NCBI RefSeq assembly: GCF_963921235.1
Contig: NC_086097.1
Location: forward strand, 141,858,001-141,922,000
Direction: 5' to 3'
Length of the DNA: 64,000 nt
Source: Mobula hypostoma
Lineage: Eukaryota
The notes beneath the pieces were generated by a model, which saw nothing but the letters and a program-made list of their open reading frames with translations, made no database searches and had not been told where the DNA came from. The position numbers were made by a program, and so were the translations under genes. This document shows, one piece after another, positions 24,969 through 37,403 of this stretch (its first letter is position 1; the number at the start of each line of letters is the position of its first letter).

Positions 24969-25944
24969 GTGTCACAGGTAGATAGGGTCATAAGGAAAGT
25001 GTTTGGCACACTGGCCTTCATAAAACAATGTATTGAGTACTAGGAGATGGGATTTTATGTTAAAGTTGTATAAGGTGTTGGTAAGGCTAAATTTGGAGTT
25101 TTGTGGGCAGTTTTGGTCACCTACCTACAGAAAAGATGTAAACAGGGTTGAAAGAGTGCAGAGAAAATTTGAGGATGTTGCCGGGTCTGAATGATCAGAG
25201 TTATAAGGATGGATTGAATAGGTTGGGACTTAATTCTTCCTCCTGGACACGGGCTGATTAAATTTAATTTATGCTTCAATTTCTTTTTAATTTTACACAT
25301 TTCCATCATCTGTATCTTTCCTTGCTATCAGTGGATTTGTATACCTTGCATCCTACATTTTCCGCTGGGACTTTCAGTAGTTTATTAAAAGCTGCAAATC
25401 CAGGACTAAATCTCACGAAATCCTTCAAGTAACAGTGTTCAGACCGTGAGGATCTATTTATCATTGTTTTTTGTTTGTTAATGAAGCACTTACTGGCAAC
25501 TCATATAATAAAAATTAATTAAAAGGCAATGGATTTCATAAGAACATTATATAAAAAAAAGGAAGATAATTAGGGCACCTGGTCCCTCAAGCCTGCCTAC
25601 CTTCCCATTCAATGTAATCATGACTCATCTGCCCCAGCCTCCGCCTCTTAGTTCCCTATACTGCTCAATTCATTGATTTTCAAAAAAAAAAATTATGTCG
25701 GTGTAATCTGGCAAGTTTAGCAGACCCTGGCTGACAAGATATTGAGGCACTCGCCAAGAAAAAGAAGTAAAAACATTGTTCTAGTGAGTGAATCCCTTGA
25801 TGACTAAAAAGATTAGGAAAATAGGAGGACAAAAAGAGGGTATGAGACGGATCTAGTAGGTAAGGTTAAGGAAAATCCCAAGAGGCCCTGTAGCTCTATT
25901 AAAAGGTTGTTAGGGGAGAATAGATCCTCTTCTAGCTAAGTATG

Positions 25945-26275
25945 GGCACCATGCCAGCGCAGCCATTAGCACAGTTGCTTTACAGCGCCAGTGATCACTG
26001 ATCAGGATTCTATTCCCACTGCTGACTGTAAGGAGTTTGTATGTTTTCCCTTTGCAGCATGGGTTTCCTCCGATGCTCTGTTTTCTTCCCATGTTCCAGT
26101 GATGTATAGGTTAGGTTTAGTGAGTTGTGGATATGCTATGGTGATGTTGGAAGCATGGTGAGACTTGGTGGGCTGTCCCCAACATGATCTTTTGATTGTG
26201 CTGATTTGATTTGACTGAACAACATATTTCACTGTATGTTTTGATGTACTTATTACAGAAGGCAAATCTTGAATC
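25945..26275 (+). mobile_element. V-SINE-like element with a different (L2-like) tail
   Basis: tRNA-like head, GGGTTTCCTCCGATGCTCTG core, tail ATTTCACTGTATGTTTTGATGTAC shared with 5430-5600 (minus) and 63800-63970. Confidence 0.6.
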
Positions 26276-26407
26276 ATAATCCTTAATCTAGGTCTAGAGT
26301 TGCTGGAGATGGGTAGGATTTTTAATATTTCTCCTTGTTTACTGAGAAGAAAATCATTGCTCAAGAGATGAAAGAAAGAAGTGGAGATGTTTTGGAGGAC
26401 ATTAGTG

Positions 26408-28818
26408 TAGGTCTAGATGGTTTAGAGTTTGTAAAATGTGTTCAGGAAAGTTTTCTAAATCAATATATAGAGGGACCAACTAGAGGGGATGCAATGTTGG
26501 ATCTCCTGTTAGGAAACGAGTTAGGACAAGTGACAGAAGTCTGTGTAGGGGAGCACTTTGGTTCCTGTGATCATAACACCATTAGTTTCAACTTGATCAT
26601 GGACAAGGATAGATCTGGTCCTAGGGTTGAGGTTCTTAACTGGAAGAAGGCCAAATTTGAGGAAATGAGAAAGGATCTAAAAAGCATGAATTGGGACAGG
26701 TTGTTCTCTGACAAGGATGTGATCGGTAGGTGGGAAGCCTTCAAAGCAGAAATTTTGAGAGTGCAGAATTTGTATGTTCCTGTCAGGATTAAAGGCAAGG
26801 TGAATAGGAATAAGGAACCTTGGTTCTCAAGGGATATTGCAACTCTGATAAAGAAGAAGAGGGAGTTGTACGACGTGTATAGGAAGCAGGGAGTAAATAA
26901 GGTGCTTGAGAAGTATAAGAAGCGCAAGAAAATACTTAAGAAAGAAATCAGGAGGGCTAAAAGAAGACATGAGGTTGCCTTGGCAGTCAAAGTGAAGGAT
27001 AATCCAAAGAGCTTTTACAGGTATATTAAGAGCAAAAGGATTGTAAGGGATAAAATTGGTCCTCTTGAAGATCAGAGTGGTTGGCTATGTGCGGAATCAA
27101 AGGAAATGGGGGAGATCTTAAATAGGTTTTTTGCGTCTGTGTTTACTAAGGAAACTGGCATGAAGTCTATGGAATTAAGGGAAACGAGTAGTGAGATCAT
27201 GGAAACTGTACAGATCGAAAAGGAGGAGGTGCTTGCTGTCTTGAGGAAAATTAAAGTGGATAAATCCCCGGGACCTGACAGGGTGTTCCCTCGGATCTTG
27301 AAGGAGACTAGTGTTGAAATTGCAGGGGCCCTGGCTGAAATATTTAAAATGTTGCTGTCTACAGGTGAGGTGCCGGAGGATTGGAGAGTGGCTCATGTTG
27401 TTCCATTGTTTAAAAAAGGATTGAAAAGTAATCCGGGAAATTATAGGCCAGTAAGTTTAATGTCGGTAGTAGGTAAGTTATTGGAGGGAGTACTAAGAGA
27501 CAGAATCTACAAGCATTTGGATAGACAGGGACTTATTAGGGAGAGTCAACATGGCTTTGTGCGTGGTAGGTCATGTTTGACCAATCTATTGGAGTTTTTC
27601 GAGGAGGTTACCAGGAAAGTGGATGAAGGGAAGGCAGTGGATGTTGTCTACATGGACTTCAGTAAGGCCTTTGACAAGGTCCTGCATGGGAGGTTAGTTA
27701 GGAAAATTCAGTCGCTAGGTATACATGGAGAGGTGGTAAATTGGATTAGACATTGGCTCGATGGAAGAAGCCAGAGAGTGGTGGTAGAGAATTGCTTCTC
27801 TGAGTGGAGGCCTGTGACTAGTGGTGTGCCACAGGGATCAGTGCTGGGTCCATTGTTATTTGTCATCTATATCAATGATCTGGATGATAATGTGGTAAAT
27901 TGGATCAGCAAGTTTGCTGATGATCCAAAGATTGGAGGTGTAGTAGACAGTGAGGAAGGTTTTCAGAGCCTGCAGAGGGACTTGGACCAGCTGGAAAAAT
28001 GGGCTAAAAAATGGCGAATGGAGTTTAATACTGACAAGTGTGAGGTATTGCACGTTGGAAGGACAAACCAACGTAGAACATACAGGGTTAATGGTAAGGC
28101 ACTGAGGAGTGCAGTGGAGCAGAGGGATCTGGGAATACAGATACAAAATTCCCTAAAAGTGTCGTCACAGGTAGATAGGGTCGTAAAGAGAGCTTTTGGT
28201 ACATTGGCCTTTATTAATCAAAATATTGAGTATAAGAGCTGGAATGTTATGATGAGGTTGTATAAGGCATTGATGAGGCCGAATCTGGAGTATTGTGTTC
28301 AGTTTTGGTCACCAAATTACAGGAAGGATATAAATAAGGTTGGAAGAGTGCAGAGAAGGTTTACAAGGATGTTGCCGGGACTTGAGGAACTCAGTTACAG
28401 AGAAAGGTTGAATAGGTTGGGACTTTATTCCCTGGAACGTAGAAGAATGAGGGGAGATTTGATAGAGGTATATAAAATAATGATGGGTATAGATAGAGTG
28501 AATGCAAGCAGGCTTTTTCCACTGAGGCAAGGGAGAAAAAAACCAGAGGACATGGGTTTAGGGTGAGGGGGGAAAAGTTTAAAGGGAACATTAGGGGGGC
28601 TTGAGAGAGTGGTGGGAATATGGAATGAACTGCCAGATGAGGTGGTAAATGCGGGTTCTTTTTTAACATTTAAGGATAAATTGGACAGATACATGGATGG
28701 GAGGTGTATGGAGGGATATGGTCCGTGTGCAGGTCAGTGGGACTAAGCAGAAAATGGTTCGGCACAGCCAAGAAGGGCTAAAAGGCCTATTTCTGTGCCG
28801 TAGTTTCTATGGTTTCTA
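26408..28818 (+). mobile_element. Young 5'-truncated CR1 LINE with long open ORF2 segment (RT domain)
   Basis: ORF 26335-28566 has PTRGDAMLDLLL, KSPGPD, GNYRPVSL, QHGF...RSCLTNLL, YMDFSKAFDKV, SGVPQGSVLGP, KFADD; 3' UTR ends (TTTCTATGG)-like; near-identical to 54662-57075. Confidence 0.96.
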
Positions 28819-28944
28819 TTACTGGGATGCAGGTATTTACAACCTTACAGCACATTAAAGTGGACAAATCCTGACCAAGTGCATCTTTGAACTTTGTGAG
28901 AGTTTATAGAGAGTCGATTGCAGAGCTCTTGTTTGTTATATATT

Positions 28945-29215
28945 TAATTAGAGATGCAGAGTGGAACAGGCCCTTCTTACCCAGCAGGCTGCACCTATCC
29001 AGCACCCCACCTACTTAACACTGGACAATTTACAATGACCAATTAACTTTCTAATCAGTATGTCTTTGGACTTTGGGAGGAAACCAGAGCACCCAGAGGA
29101 AACCCAAGCTGTCACATGGAAAATGTGCAAACCCCTTGCAGGCGGTACTGGAATTGAACTCTGGAATGCCCCAAGATGTAACAGCATCGCCCTAACTGAC
29201 TGCCATGCTGTCATT
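28945..29215 (-). mobile_element. V-SINE/HE1-like SINE
   Basis: Reverse complement of the GGGTTTCCTCTGGGTGCTCTGGTTTCCTCCCAAAGTCCAAAGAC core and a CR1-type tail. Confidence 0.75.
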
Positions 29216-29242
29216 ATGGAGGTAGTTACTTCATCTATAACT

Positions 29243-29520
29243 ATGGTAGTGTAGTGGTTAGTGCGACACTATTACAACTGTGGGCGTTGGAGTTTGGAGT
29301 TCAATCCTGGCATCCTTTGAAAGTAATCTCTGTACGTCCTCCCTGTGAAATATGTGGGTTTTCTCTGGGTCCTCTGGTCCCCCACCACAGTCCAAAGACA
29401 TACTGGGTAGGTTAATTGTAAATTGTTCTGTGATTAGGTTAGCATTAAATCAGGGTTGCTTGGCAGTGCGGCTTGAGTGTCTGGAAGGGCCTATTCCGTG
29501 CTTTATCCCTAAATAAGTAA
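29243..29520 (+). mobile_element. V-SINE/HE1-like SINE
   Basis: TAGTGTAGTGGTTAG head, GAGTTCAATCC B box, core ending CACAGTCCAAAGAC, tail GAAGGGCCTATTCCGTGCT...AAATAA. Confidence 0.8.
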
Positions 29521-30391
29521 ATGCCACCAATGGAGTTCTTGAAGGCTGGAAGGTGGCTAATGTCATTCCAGTTTTTTAAGTGTTGCAAGGACAGTAGAGG
29601 GAACTATAGGCTGGTCAGCCTTATGTCAGTACTGGGACAGTTACTGGAGGCTATTTTGAGAATCAGGATCTACCAGATAGTCTGTTTCAGAGGAGTTAAC
29701 GTGGCTTTGTGCTTAATGGAAATTGTTTGTAGTTTTTTTCTGAAGAAGTAACCAAAAAGATAGAAGAGGGTAAGGGCCTTGGATGTTGTCTAATTGAACT
29801 TTAGTAAGGCCTTTGACGAGGTCCCATGTGGAAGGCTGGTTTGTAAGGTTAGGTCCCCTGGAATCCTAATTAGGTGGATTCAAAATTTGCTCTGAGGTAG
29901 GAAACGGTGTGATAATTGTTTCTCGGAATGGAGTGTGATGACTAGTGGTATTCTGTGTGGGGTTGGCGTTGGGACCCATTTATTTTTTTTATTTATATAA
30001 GTGACTTGGATGTGAATGCAGAAGGCTTGATCAAGTTTGCAGATGACTTGAATTTAGTAGATGTTGATAATGAAGAAAGTCATTGTAGATTACAAAGAGA
30101 TCTTGATCAGTTAAGGAACTGGGCTGAGTGGCAAATTAATTTCAATATAGATAAGTGTGAAGTAATGCATTTTGGAAAGTCAAAACTAGTACTATGAACT
30201 TGTACTATGAATAGGCACTAGGGAGTGTAATGGAACAGAGGTACTTAGTTCTAAGTGCATAGTCAGTTGAAAACTGCATTACAGATAGACAGTGTGGTGA
30301 AAAAATATTTTCAGCATGTTGACCTTTAGTCAGGGCACCATGTGAAATCAAGTTGAAAGAACTGGAAAATATGTAGATCTACATACCCAAT

Positions 30392-30785
30392 CACAAACAA
30401 GAGAAAATCTGCAGATTATGGAAATCCAAGCAACACACAAAATGCTGGAGGAACTCAACAGGCCAAGCAGCATCTATGGAAAAGAGTACAGTGGACATTT
30501 TGGGCTGAGACCCTTCGGCAGGACTGGAGGGAAAAATGCTGAGTAGATTTTAAAAGGTGGGGTGGAGGAGAAGAGAGAAGCACAAGGTGATAGGTGAAAC
30601 CTGAAGGAGGAAGGATGAAATAAAGACCTGGGAAGTTGATTGGTGAAAGAGATACAGGGGGAGAAGGGTGAGCCTGAGAGAAGAGGACAGAAGGCCCTGG
30701 GGGAAAGAAAACGTCAGAGGAGCTCCTGAGGGAGGTGATGCCTGGCCTGCTGAGTTCCTCCAGCATTTTGTGTGTGTTGCTTGAA
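30392..30785. mobile_element. Short Penelope-like element with inverted termini
   Basis: Left arm CAAGCAACACACAAAATGCTGGAGGAACTCAACAGGCCAAGCA (about 30427-30470); right arm TGCCTGGCCTGCTGAGTTCCTCCAGCATTTTGTGTGTGTTGCTTG (30738-30783); decayed hammerhead motif at about 30489-30526 (minus). Confidence 0.8.
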
Positions 30786-30786
30786 T

Positions 30787-32703
30787 CTTCTTGTTGTTCA
30801 TCCATCATCGTCGTAGATGAAGACCTCGACACCATTAGTCACTTTGAGACTGGATGCGATGTGTTCGAAGGTGACTGGTCAGGCCAATTTGAGCATGAAA
30901 TGTCCTGGCACATGTTGGGCAGACGTGTAGGTACTACAGTTGTTGCGCTGGTGGCTCTGGACTTGCGCAGCTCACGCTTATGTTATGCTTCAACAATGCA
31001 CCTTGCTTTGTAAGGTTGACAGCTCTTGTGGATAAGGCCATGCCAGGTGGTGGAGTTTTGTGCCAGTGTTTCCCAGATGGTCGTGTCTATGTCAAGTGAC
31101 TTCAGGGAAGCCTTTAGTGTGTCTTTGTAACGTTTCCTCTGCCCTCCATGCGAGCGTCTTCCAGCAGAGAGAGCCCCAAAAGGAGCTGCTTGGGTATGCG
31201 CTCGTCCGGCATGCGGATGATATGACCTGCCCACCGGGTCTGTGCTCTCATCAGCAGTGTGTGGACTGATGGTCGACTTCCTCTAGAGAGAACTTCAGTG
31301 TCTGGTACTTTGTCTTGCCATCTGCTGCCTAATATTCTGTGAAGACAAGTCATGTGGAAATGGTTGAGCTGTCCTGCATGCCTTCGATACACAGTCCACG
31401 TTTCACAGTCGTAAAGGAGGGTAGTGAGTACCATGGCTCTGTAGACCTTCAGTTTTGTTGCTGGACTGATTCATCAGCGTTCCTATACAGTGGGGCGCAG
31501 TCTACCGAAAGCAGAACTTGCCTTTGCTATTCTGCAGTTAACTTCTGTATCAATAGTCACTGTTCGGGAGAGGGTGCTACTAAGGTAAGTAAACTGGTCA
31601 ACTGCCTGTAGTTTCTGTCCTTTGATTGTCATTTTCGATTCTGTGTGCAGTGCATGAGGGGCAGGCTGGTACATGACCTAATAGCTTGAAGTCTCCTCAG
31701 GTTGAAGAGCTTCCCATCCACTCTGTACTTGAGGCTGATTCCAGCATCACTGTCCTGGAAGACATCATCCAGCATGGCAGAAAACATCATGCTGAACAGT
31801 GTGGGTGCAAGCACACAGCCCTGTTTGACACCATTGGTGACTGGGAACGCTGTAAAGGATTCTCTGCCGTCCAGCACTCTGGCCATCATGCCATCATGGA
31901 ACTGGCGTACCATCTGAATGAATTTGGCGGGGCAGCCAAACTTTGACACAGGCCTTGTCGGCAGACAGTGTCGAAAGCTTTCGTGAAGTCAACAGAAGTT
32001 GTGTAGAGTTCGAGATTCTGCTCCTGACACTTCTCCTGAAGTTGGTGCGCGGCAAAAATCATGTCAATGGACCCACGACCTTTGCAAAAGCCACACTGTG
32101 ACTCTGGCAGCAGGCCCAGCTCCAGATGAGTGACCAGACGATTTAGCAGGACTATTGCAAGGGTTTTTCCTGCGATAGAGAGCACGGGGTTCCTCGGTGG
32201 TTGTCGCATACTTGTCGATTTCCCTTCCTCTTGTAGAGGTGTACGATGGATGCATCTTTAAGTTTCTGAGGAATGGATCCTTGCTTCCAAAAAGACTGGA
32301 ACAACTCGGTGAACTTCTCTATAAGTCCAGGACCACCGGCTTTGTAAGTCTCTGCAGGTATGGTATCTGTCCCTGGGGCTTTGCCACTGGATAGCTGGCT
32401 GACAGCTTTTGTGACTTTGGCTACTACCGGTGGGTCATCCATGGCGCTGTTGGTGTCAACCTGGGGAATCCTGTCTATCGCCTCATCATTAATAGATGAC
32501 GGTCTGTTGGGGATGGCTTCAAAGTGTTCAGTCCACCTCTGCAGGTTCTGAGCCTTCTCTGTAATGAGAGCTGTACTATCTATACTCAGGAGGGGGGAGC
32601 TCCCGAGGGACTGAGGTCCGTAGAGAGTGTTAAGGGCTTCATAGAATTGTTTCAAGTCGTTTCTGTCAGTGTATCCCTGTATTTCGTCTGCCTTAGCACT
32701 CAG
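30787..32703 (-). mobile_element. RTE-clade LINE, 5'-truncated and frameshifted
   Basis: GKAPGTDTIPAE.YKAGG, LPESQCGF...DMIFAAHQLQEKCQEQ, NGVKQGCVLAPTLFS, LLYDCETW, RWAGHIIRMPDERIPKQLL, GGQRKRYKDTLK; 3' tail ...GATGATGGATGAACAACAAGAAG. Confidence 0.93.
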
Positions 32704-33151
32704 CAATCTACAAATCTAAGTGACTCTGGAACTCTTTACGTGCTTAGATCTCAATTCTGGCCAGAGTGTGCAACAAATAAATTATTTATTCATCTTTTTT
32801 GGCTAAAAAAAACTTGCTCTTTTCCAGGAAGTGACTAAAATGTCTTGTTTCTATCTGTACCTCCTGTCTTCTAATGAGGATTGGCTCATAGACCTCCAGC
32901 TCTCTGGCTTCTTCCTCCTATAGTTGATAATTAGCTTTTTGTTTTGCTGACTTTGAATGAGTGGTTTTCTTTACAAACCTTTGATGTCCCTTGACATCCA
33001 TATTTTCTTGGTTTTGCTGTCCTTGGTTTTTTTTAGCTCACACAAGAACATGTTGGCCCTGAACTCTGTTTTCCAGTTTTGAATAACCCCCATAAATACC
33101 ACAGAGAAATGAAGTAACAGCATTGACTAGTTTTTTTTCATATATCCCTGA

Positions 33152-34262
33152 ATACTTTATACTTTATTGTCGCCAAACAATTGATACTAGAACGTACAAT
33201 CATCACAGCGATATTTGATTTTGTGCTTCCCGCTCCCTAGATTACAAATCGATAGTAAATATTAAAAATTTAAATTATAAATCATAAATAGAAAATAGAA
33301 AAATGCAAAGTAAGGTAGTGCAAAAAAGCTGAGAGGCAGATCCGGATATTTGGAGTGTACAGCCCATATCTGGGTCAGGATCCGTTTAGCAGTCTTATAG
33401 TTGGAAAGAAGCTGTTCCCAAATCTGGCTGTATGAGTTAGTCTTCAAGCTCCTGAGCCTTCTCCCAGAGGGAAGAGGGACGAAAAGTGTGTTGGCTGGGT
33501 GGGTCATGCCCTTGATTATCCTGGCAGCACTGCTCTGACAGCGTGCGGTGTAAAGTGAGTCCAAGGATGGAAGATTGGTTTGTGTGATGTGCTGCGCCGT
33601 GTTCCCGATTTTCTGCAGCTTCTTCCGGTCTTGGACAGGAACTTCCATACCAGGTTGTGATGCACCCTAGAAGAAAGCTTTCTACGGTGCATCTATAAAA
33701 ATTAGTGAGGGTTTTAGGCGACAGGCCAAATTTCTTTAGTTTTCTCAGAAAGTAAAGGCACTGGTGGGCCTTCTTGGCAGTGGATTCTGCTTGGTTGGAC
33801 CAAGTCAGGTCATTTGTGATATTGACCCTGAGGAACTTAAAGCTTTTGACCTGTTCCACTTGCGCACCACCGATGTAAATTGGGTCGTGTGGTCTGCTAC
33901 TCCTTCTGAAGTCAACAACCAATTCCTTCGTCTTGCTGACGTTGAGGGATAGGTTATTGTCTTCGCACCATGCCACCAGGTTCTTAATTTCCTCTCTGTA
34001 CTCAAACTCATCATTACCCGAGATACGGCCTACAATTGTTGTGTTATCAGGAAACTTATATATTGAGTTTGATGGAAACTTGGCTGCACAATTGTGGGTG
34101 TACAGTGAGTACAGCAGGGGGCTGAGTACACAGCCTTGTGGGGCACCAGTGCTCAGAGTGATTGTAGAGGAGGGCTCATCCCTATTTTTACAGCCTGGGT
34201 CCTGTCTGTGAGGAAGTTGAAGATCCAGCTGCAGATCTGAGTGCTAAGACCCAGGTTCTGGA
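33152..34262 (-). mobile_element. Rex1/Babar-clade LINE 3' portion
   Basis: WCEDNNLSLNVSKTKELVVDFRR, FKFL.VNITNDLTWS, LYFLRKLKKFGL, HPANTLFVPLPSGRR; tail AATAAAGTATAAAGTA. Confidence 0.9.
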
Positions 34263-35229
34263 GTGAAGGATCACAGAATCAAACCTATTGCTGCTTTGTT
34301 CTGCCCATATCACAAGTTTAAATCTGTGACTCAAGTGGTTGCAGATGCTGGAGCAGCACACTAAAAGCTGGAGGAACTCGGCAGGTCTACAGAAGAAATG
34401 TGCTGTGCCGAGACCCGTCAACTGGACTGAGAGAAAGGGGCCAGTATAAAAAGATGTAGTTAAAGGGGTGGAGTTAGAGTTGGTTGGTGATAGTAGATTC
34501 AGGTGAGGTGGTTGATAGGCAGATGGAGGCACAGAGAATGGGAATAACGTCAGAATCTGGGAGCACTTCTCTCCCTTTATTCTATGCTGTGTCTTCCTCT
34601 GCTTTCACATTCCATTATCATTAGCCTTTTGTCGCTTTTACCCATCACCTCTCAGCTAAGATATCATTTCGTATATTTATCTACATTTCACTGTCAAAAG
34701 TTTGTGATTTCAGCCTTAATTGGAATCCAGAAGGAATTCTGTTTCTCTTCATAGGGCTGCCAGAATATGGTTATCATTAGATTATTTGTTTATTAAAGAT
34801 GTAATAACTTTTTCTGCAGTAATAATATATGCACTTTTGTTATAGTTATTGTTGAATCCTTGTGGGACTAAATTTGATATCTGCCTGATTTTGTAAAATA
34901 ACTTTTTTCTCTAGTGTGCGTCATTGGATAGGTTAAACATGGCATTGCCAGAGCAACTTGCATTCAGTAAATACGGGGGCAAGTGTTATCTTCTCTGGTG
35001 TGTCTGTTTTTTTGTGTTAGCAGCTTTCATTGTCTCCATGGATCATCTATTTTGAAACTCTTAGACAATAATGAAATATATTTTGACACTATGGAATTTT
35101 ATTCCAAGTCCATTTGTGGCTCTGTTTCAGAGCTGTGATGTCATTTTGATTGTGTATTGATTGCTTCGATGATTTTGAATACCTAAATTTTTGTTGTAAG
35201 GAAACTCCACTATAAAAATGATTCAAGAT

Positions 35230-35623
35230 TGTTGTTGCATGAATGAACAACATGAGAGAATTAATGGTAGATACAAAGCAGTTTCTTTCTTCAACTAAAC
35301 AAGGTACAGCAGGCATTATATGGAAACACTCGGTGGAAAGGTCTGCAGGCTCAACATGGGGCTCGATATTTATTTGCTAAACACAAAGGACAATTCCATA
35401 TTTACGAAGTATAGACAATGCTTTCTTTTGAAGCTGCATACAAACTTCACACCTTCTGATTCGCATCCATCCCACAGATGCCAGCAGCGTCTGGACTGGG
35501 ATCCACAGCTTTTAGCACTGCATTGTCCCAAACTGAATCCACTACATTATCAAGGAACAGAAGACTGGTAGCCAAAGCCATTTGCTAAATGTAAATTACC
35601 TAAACCCAAAAATCACTCTAACA
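35230..35623 (-). repeat. 3' LTR of the provirus
   Basis: Direct repeat of 39863-40261; preceded on the minus strand by PPT AAGAGGAGGGAC (35624-35635). Confidence 0.92.
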
Positions 35624-36764
35624 GTCCCTCCTCTTGGCCCTCCTGGACAAAAATAAATTTGTTCCAGAAAAGTACAATCTAGCAGGATCTACTCTTATAG
35701 GGCAGCAAAAATGCCCTGCCTTGAAGTTCCCTCCAATTTTGTGTGCCTTGATATCTACCCTAGCATTCCCTAATCACTACCTACCAAATATTAAGCAGAG
35801 AGGTTGTTCCAGAAATTTGAACAAGTCTTTAGAAATGCTGCTGCTTTTGTGTGCCTGTCGGCTCTTTCCCAGCAGGCTGATTGCAGCGTAATCACATTCC
35901 TTGTCTTCACCCCTTCATTCTCTGGTCACTGAAACTCTCCGTCCAGGAGCACCCACAGGCCCGCTCATCGATGTACAGGAAGGGGTTGGGGTGGTCTCTT
36001 TGTAAGTATCTACAAGGATCTTTCCCCGGTGGCACCCCCTTCTGAACTGTCCAGTCAATCACTGGGCCAACTGCTGAAAAGGCCCCAGTTCCTCATTCAG
36101 ACTGGGGGTGACTGCTTTAACTTCAGAATCCCTCCCCATCTATTTTTCAATATCTTTCCTATTCTATGCTATTAAACTAATCATCTACCTTCAGCAACCA
36201 GCCTTCATTACAGAGTACCATCATCATCACATTTTAGCATTTTCTGTCCCGCTCTCTGTGTCTTCTGCCATGCTCTTGTTTTGCGTTTCCTCCAGGTATG
36301 TTTTCATCAGCTATGGTCAGGTCTGGTATGGCCGGCTGGTGTTCCTCTCTTAGGTTCTCTGTAATTACATGGTATTGGGTACACTTGATCCCCCGCTCTG
36401 ACTGCGGGAGCAACAAGAAGGTGAGTCATATGCTTTAAGCCAAGTCCAGTGTTTCCACTGGCTGCCTCGCCGAGTCTGTACGCAGTCACAAGTATCATTG
36501 GTTAAGAGTACCATCTGTGGTCCTATCCACCTAGGGGCAAACCCTGGCCTTTCCAGCAGCACCCTCACCATGACCTCGTTGCCGGGCTGTGGAAGGACCA
36601 TCTTTCCCTCTGGCTGTCTCTGATCTGCGATTCACTGCTGTTGTTTCACTAGATCCTTCAACACTTTAACTTGATTATAAAGGTCTTTCACGTACTGCGT
36701 TGTTCTATCCCTATAAGCCCCAGGGTCCCTGCAAATCGTAATTACCCCATGATATAATTATAGT

Positions 36765-37403
36765 AGTATCTTCTGGGCGGGAGGAGAGAGAGCAGCGTGC
36801 TGCACGTGCATAGCCCTCCAATGAAATATGATATTGTATCCATTAAATAGGGGCCGTGGACAATTCTGATTTGATGGAGACAGACGTGAAAGCACAGAGG
36901 AACATCTGGAGAAATTTCTGAAACACCAGTTCACTGCTGTTGTTACTGTGCGATCGGGAATCTTCCGGAGGGAAGGCCTCAAAATCCCCGGCTTTGCCTG
37001 CTGTTGGCGACCGAGATTGAGGTTGAATTGTTCGGATAGAGATGGCGCTCAGTACTCGGTGTCGGAGGGCTGATCAGAGGCTCGAAGTTTTCTGATAACT
37101 CAGAGTCGGATTGTGGTCAGGAAGGGGGAGTTTTTCTTCCTTCTCCCGTCTGCATGAGATGTGGGACATTTGAGGGGCTTTGAACTTTTTACTGTGCTCA
37201 TAGACTGTTCTTCATCAAGTTGTGGTATTGTTGCACTGTTGTAACTAAGTATATGTTATAATTATGTGGTTTTGTTAGTTTTTTCAGTCTTGGTCTGTCC
37301 TGTGTTTTGTGATATAACACCGGAGGAAATATTGTATCATTTCTTAATGCATGCATTACTAAATGACAATAAAAGAGGACTGTGTGTCTTCATAATCTAA
37401 TCT
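36765..37403 (+). mobile_element. Putative non-autonomous retroposon inserted in the provirus pol
   Basis: Non-retroviral segment in opposite orientation ending AATAAAAGAGGACTGTGTGTCTTCATAATCTAATCT; pol-like sequence lies on both sides. Confidence 0.55.

Larger units (their letters stand above)
23773..25240 (+). mobile_element. CR1 ORF2 remnant hosting a SINE and a solo LTR
   Basis: LFVIYINDLD...KFADVTKIGG...LQRDLD; CR1 sequence resumes after each insertion. Confidence 0.85.
25690..30340 (+). mobile_element. Old CR1 ORF2 remnant split by a young CR1 and three SINEs
   Basis: Pieces in order: KVKENPK-like (25860), FTEKK...DVLEDI (26335), HIKVDKS (28850), GNYRLVSLMSV (29600), IKFADD...LQRDLDQL (30030). 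Confidence 0.75.

Noticed and set aside
26335..28566. 743-aa ORF as a host gene or active LINE
   Set aside because: It is a 5'-truncated CR1 ORF2 lacking most of the endonuclease, with a non-ATG start borrowed from an older element and a terminal frameshift.
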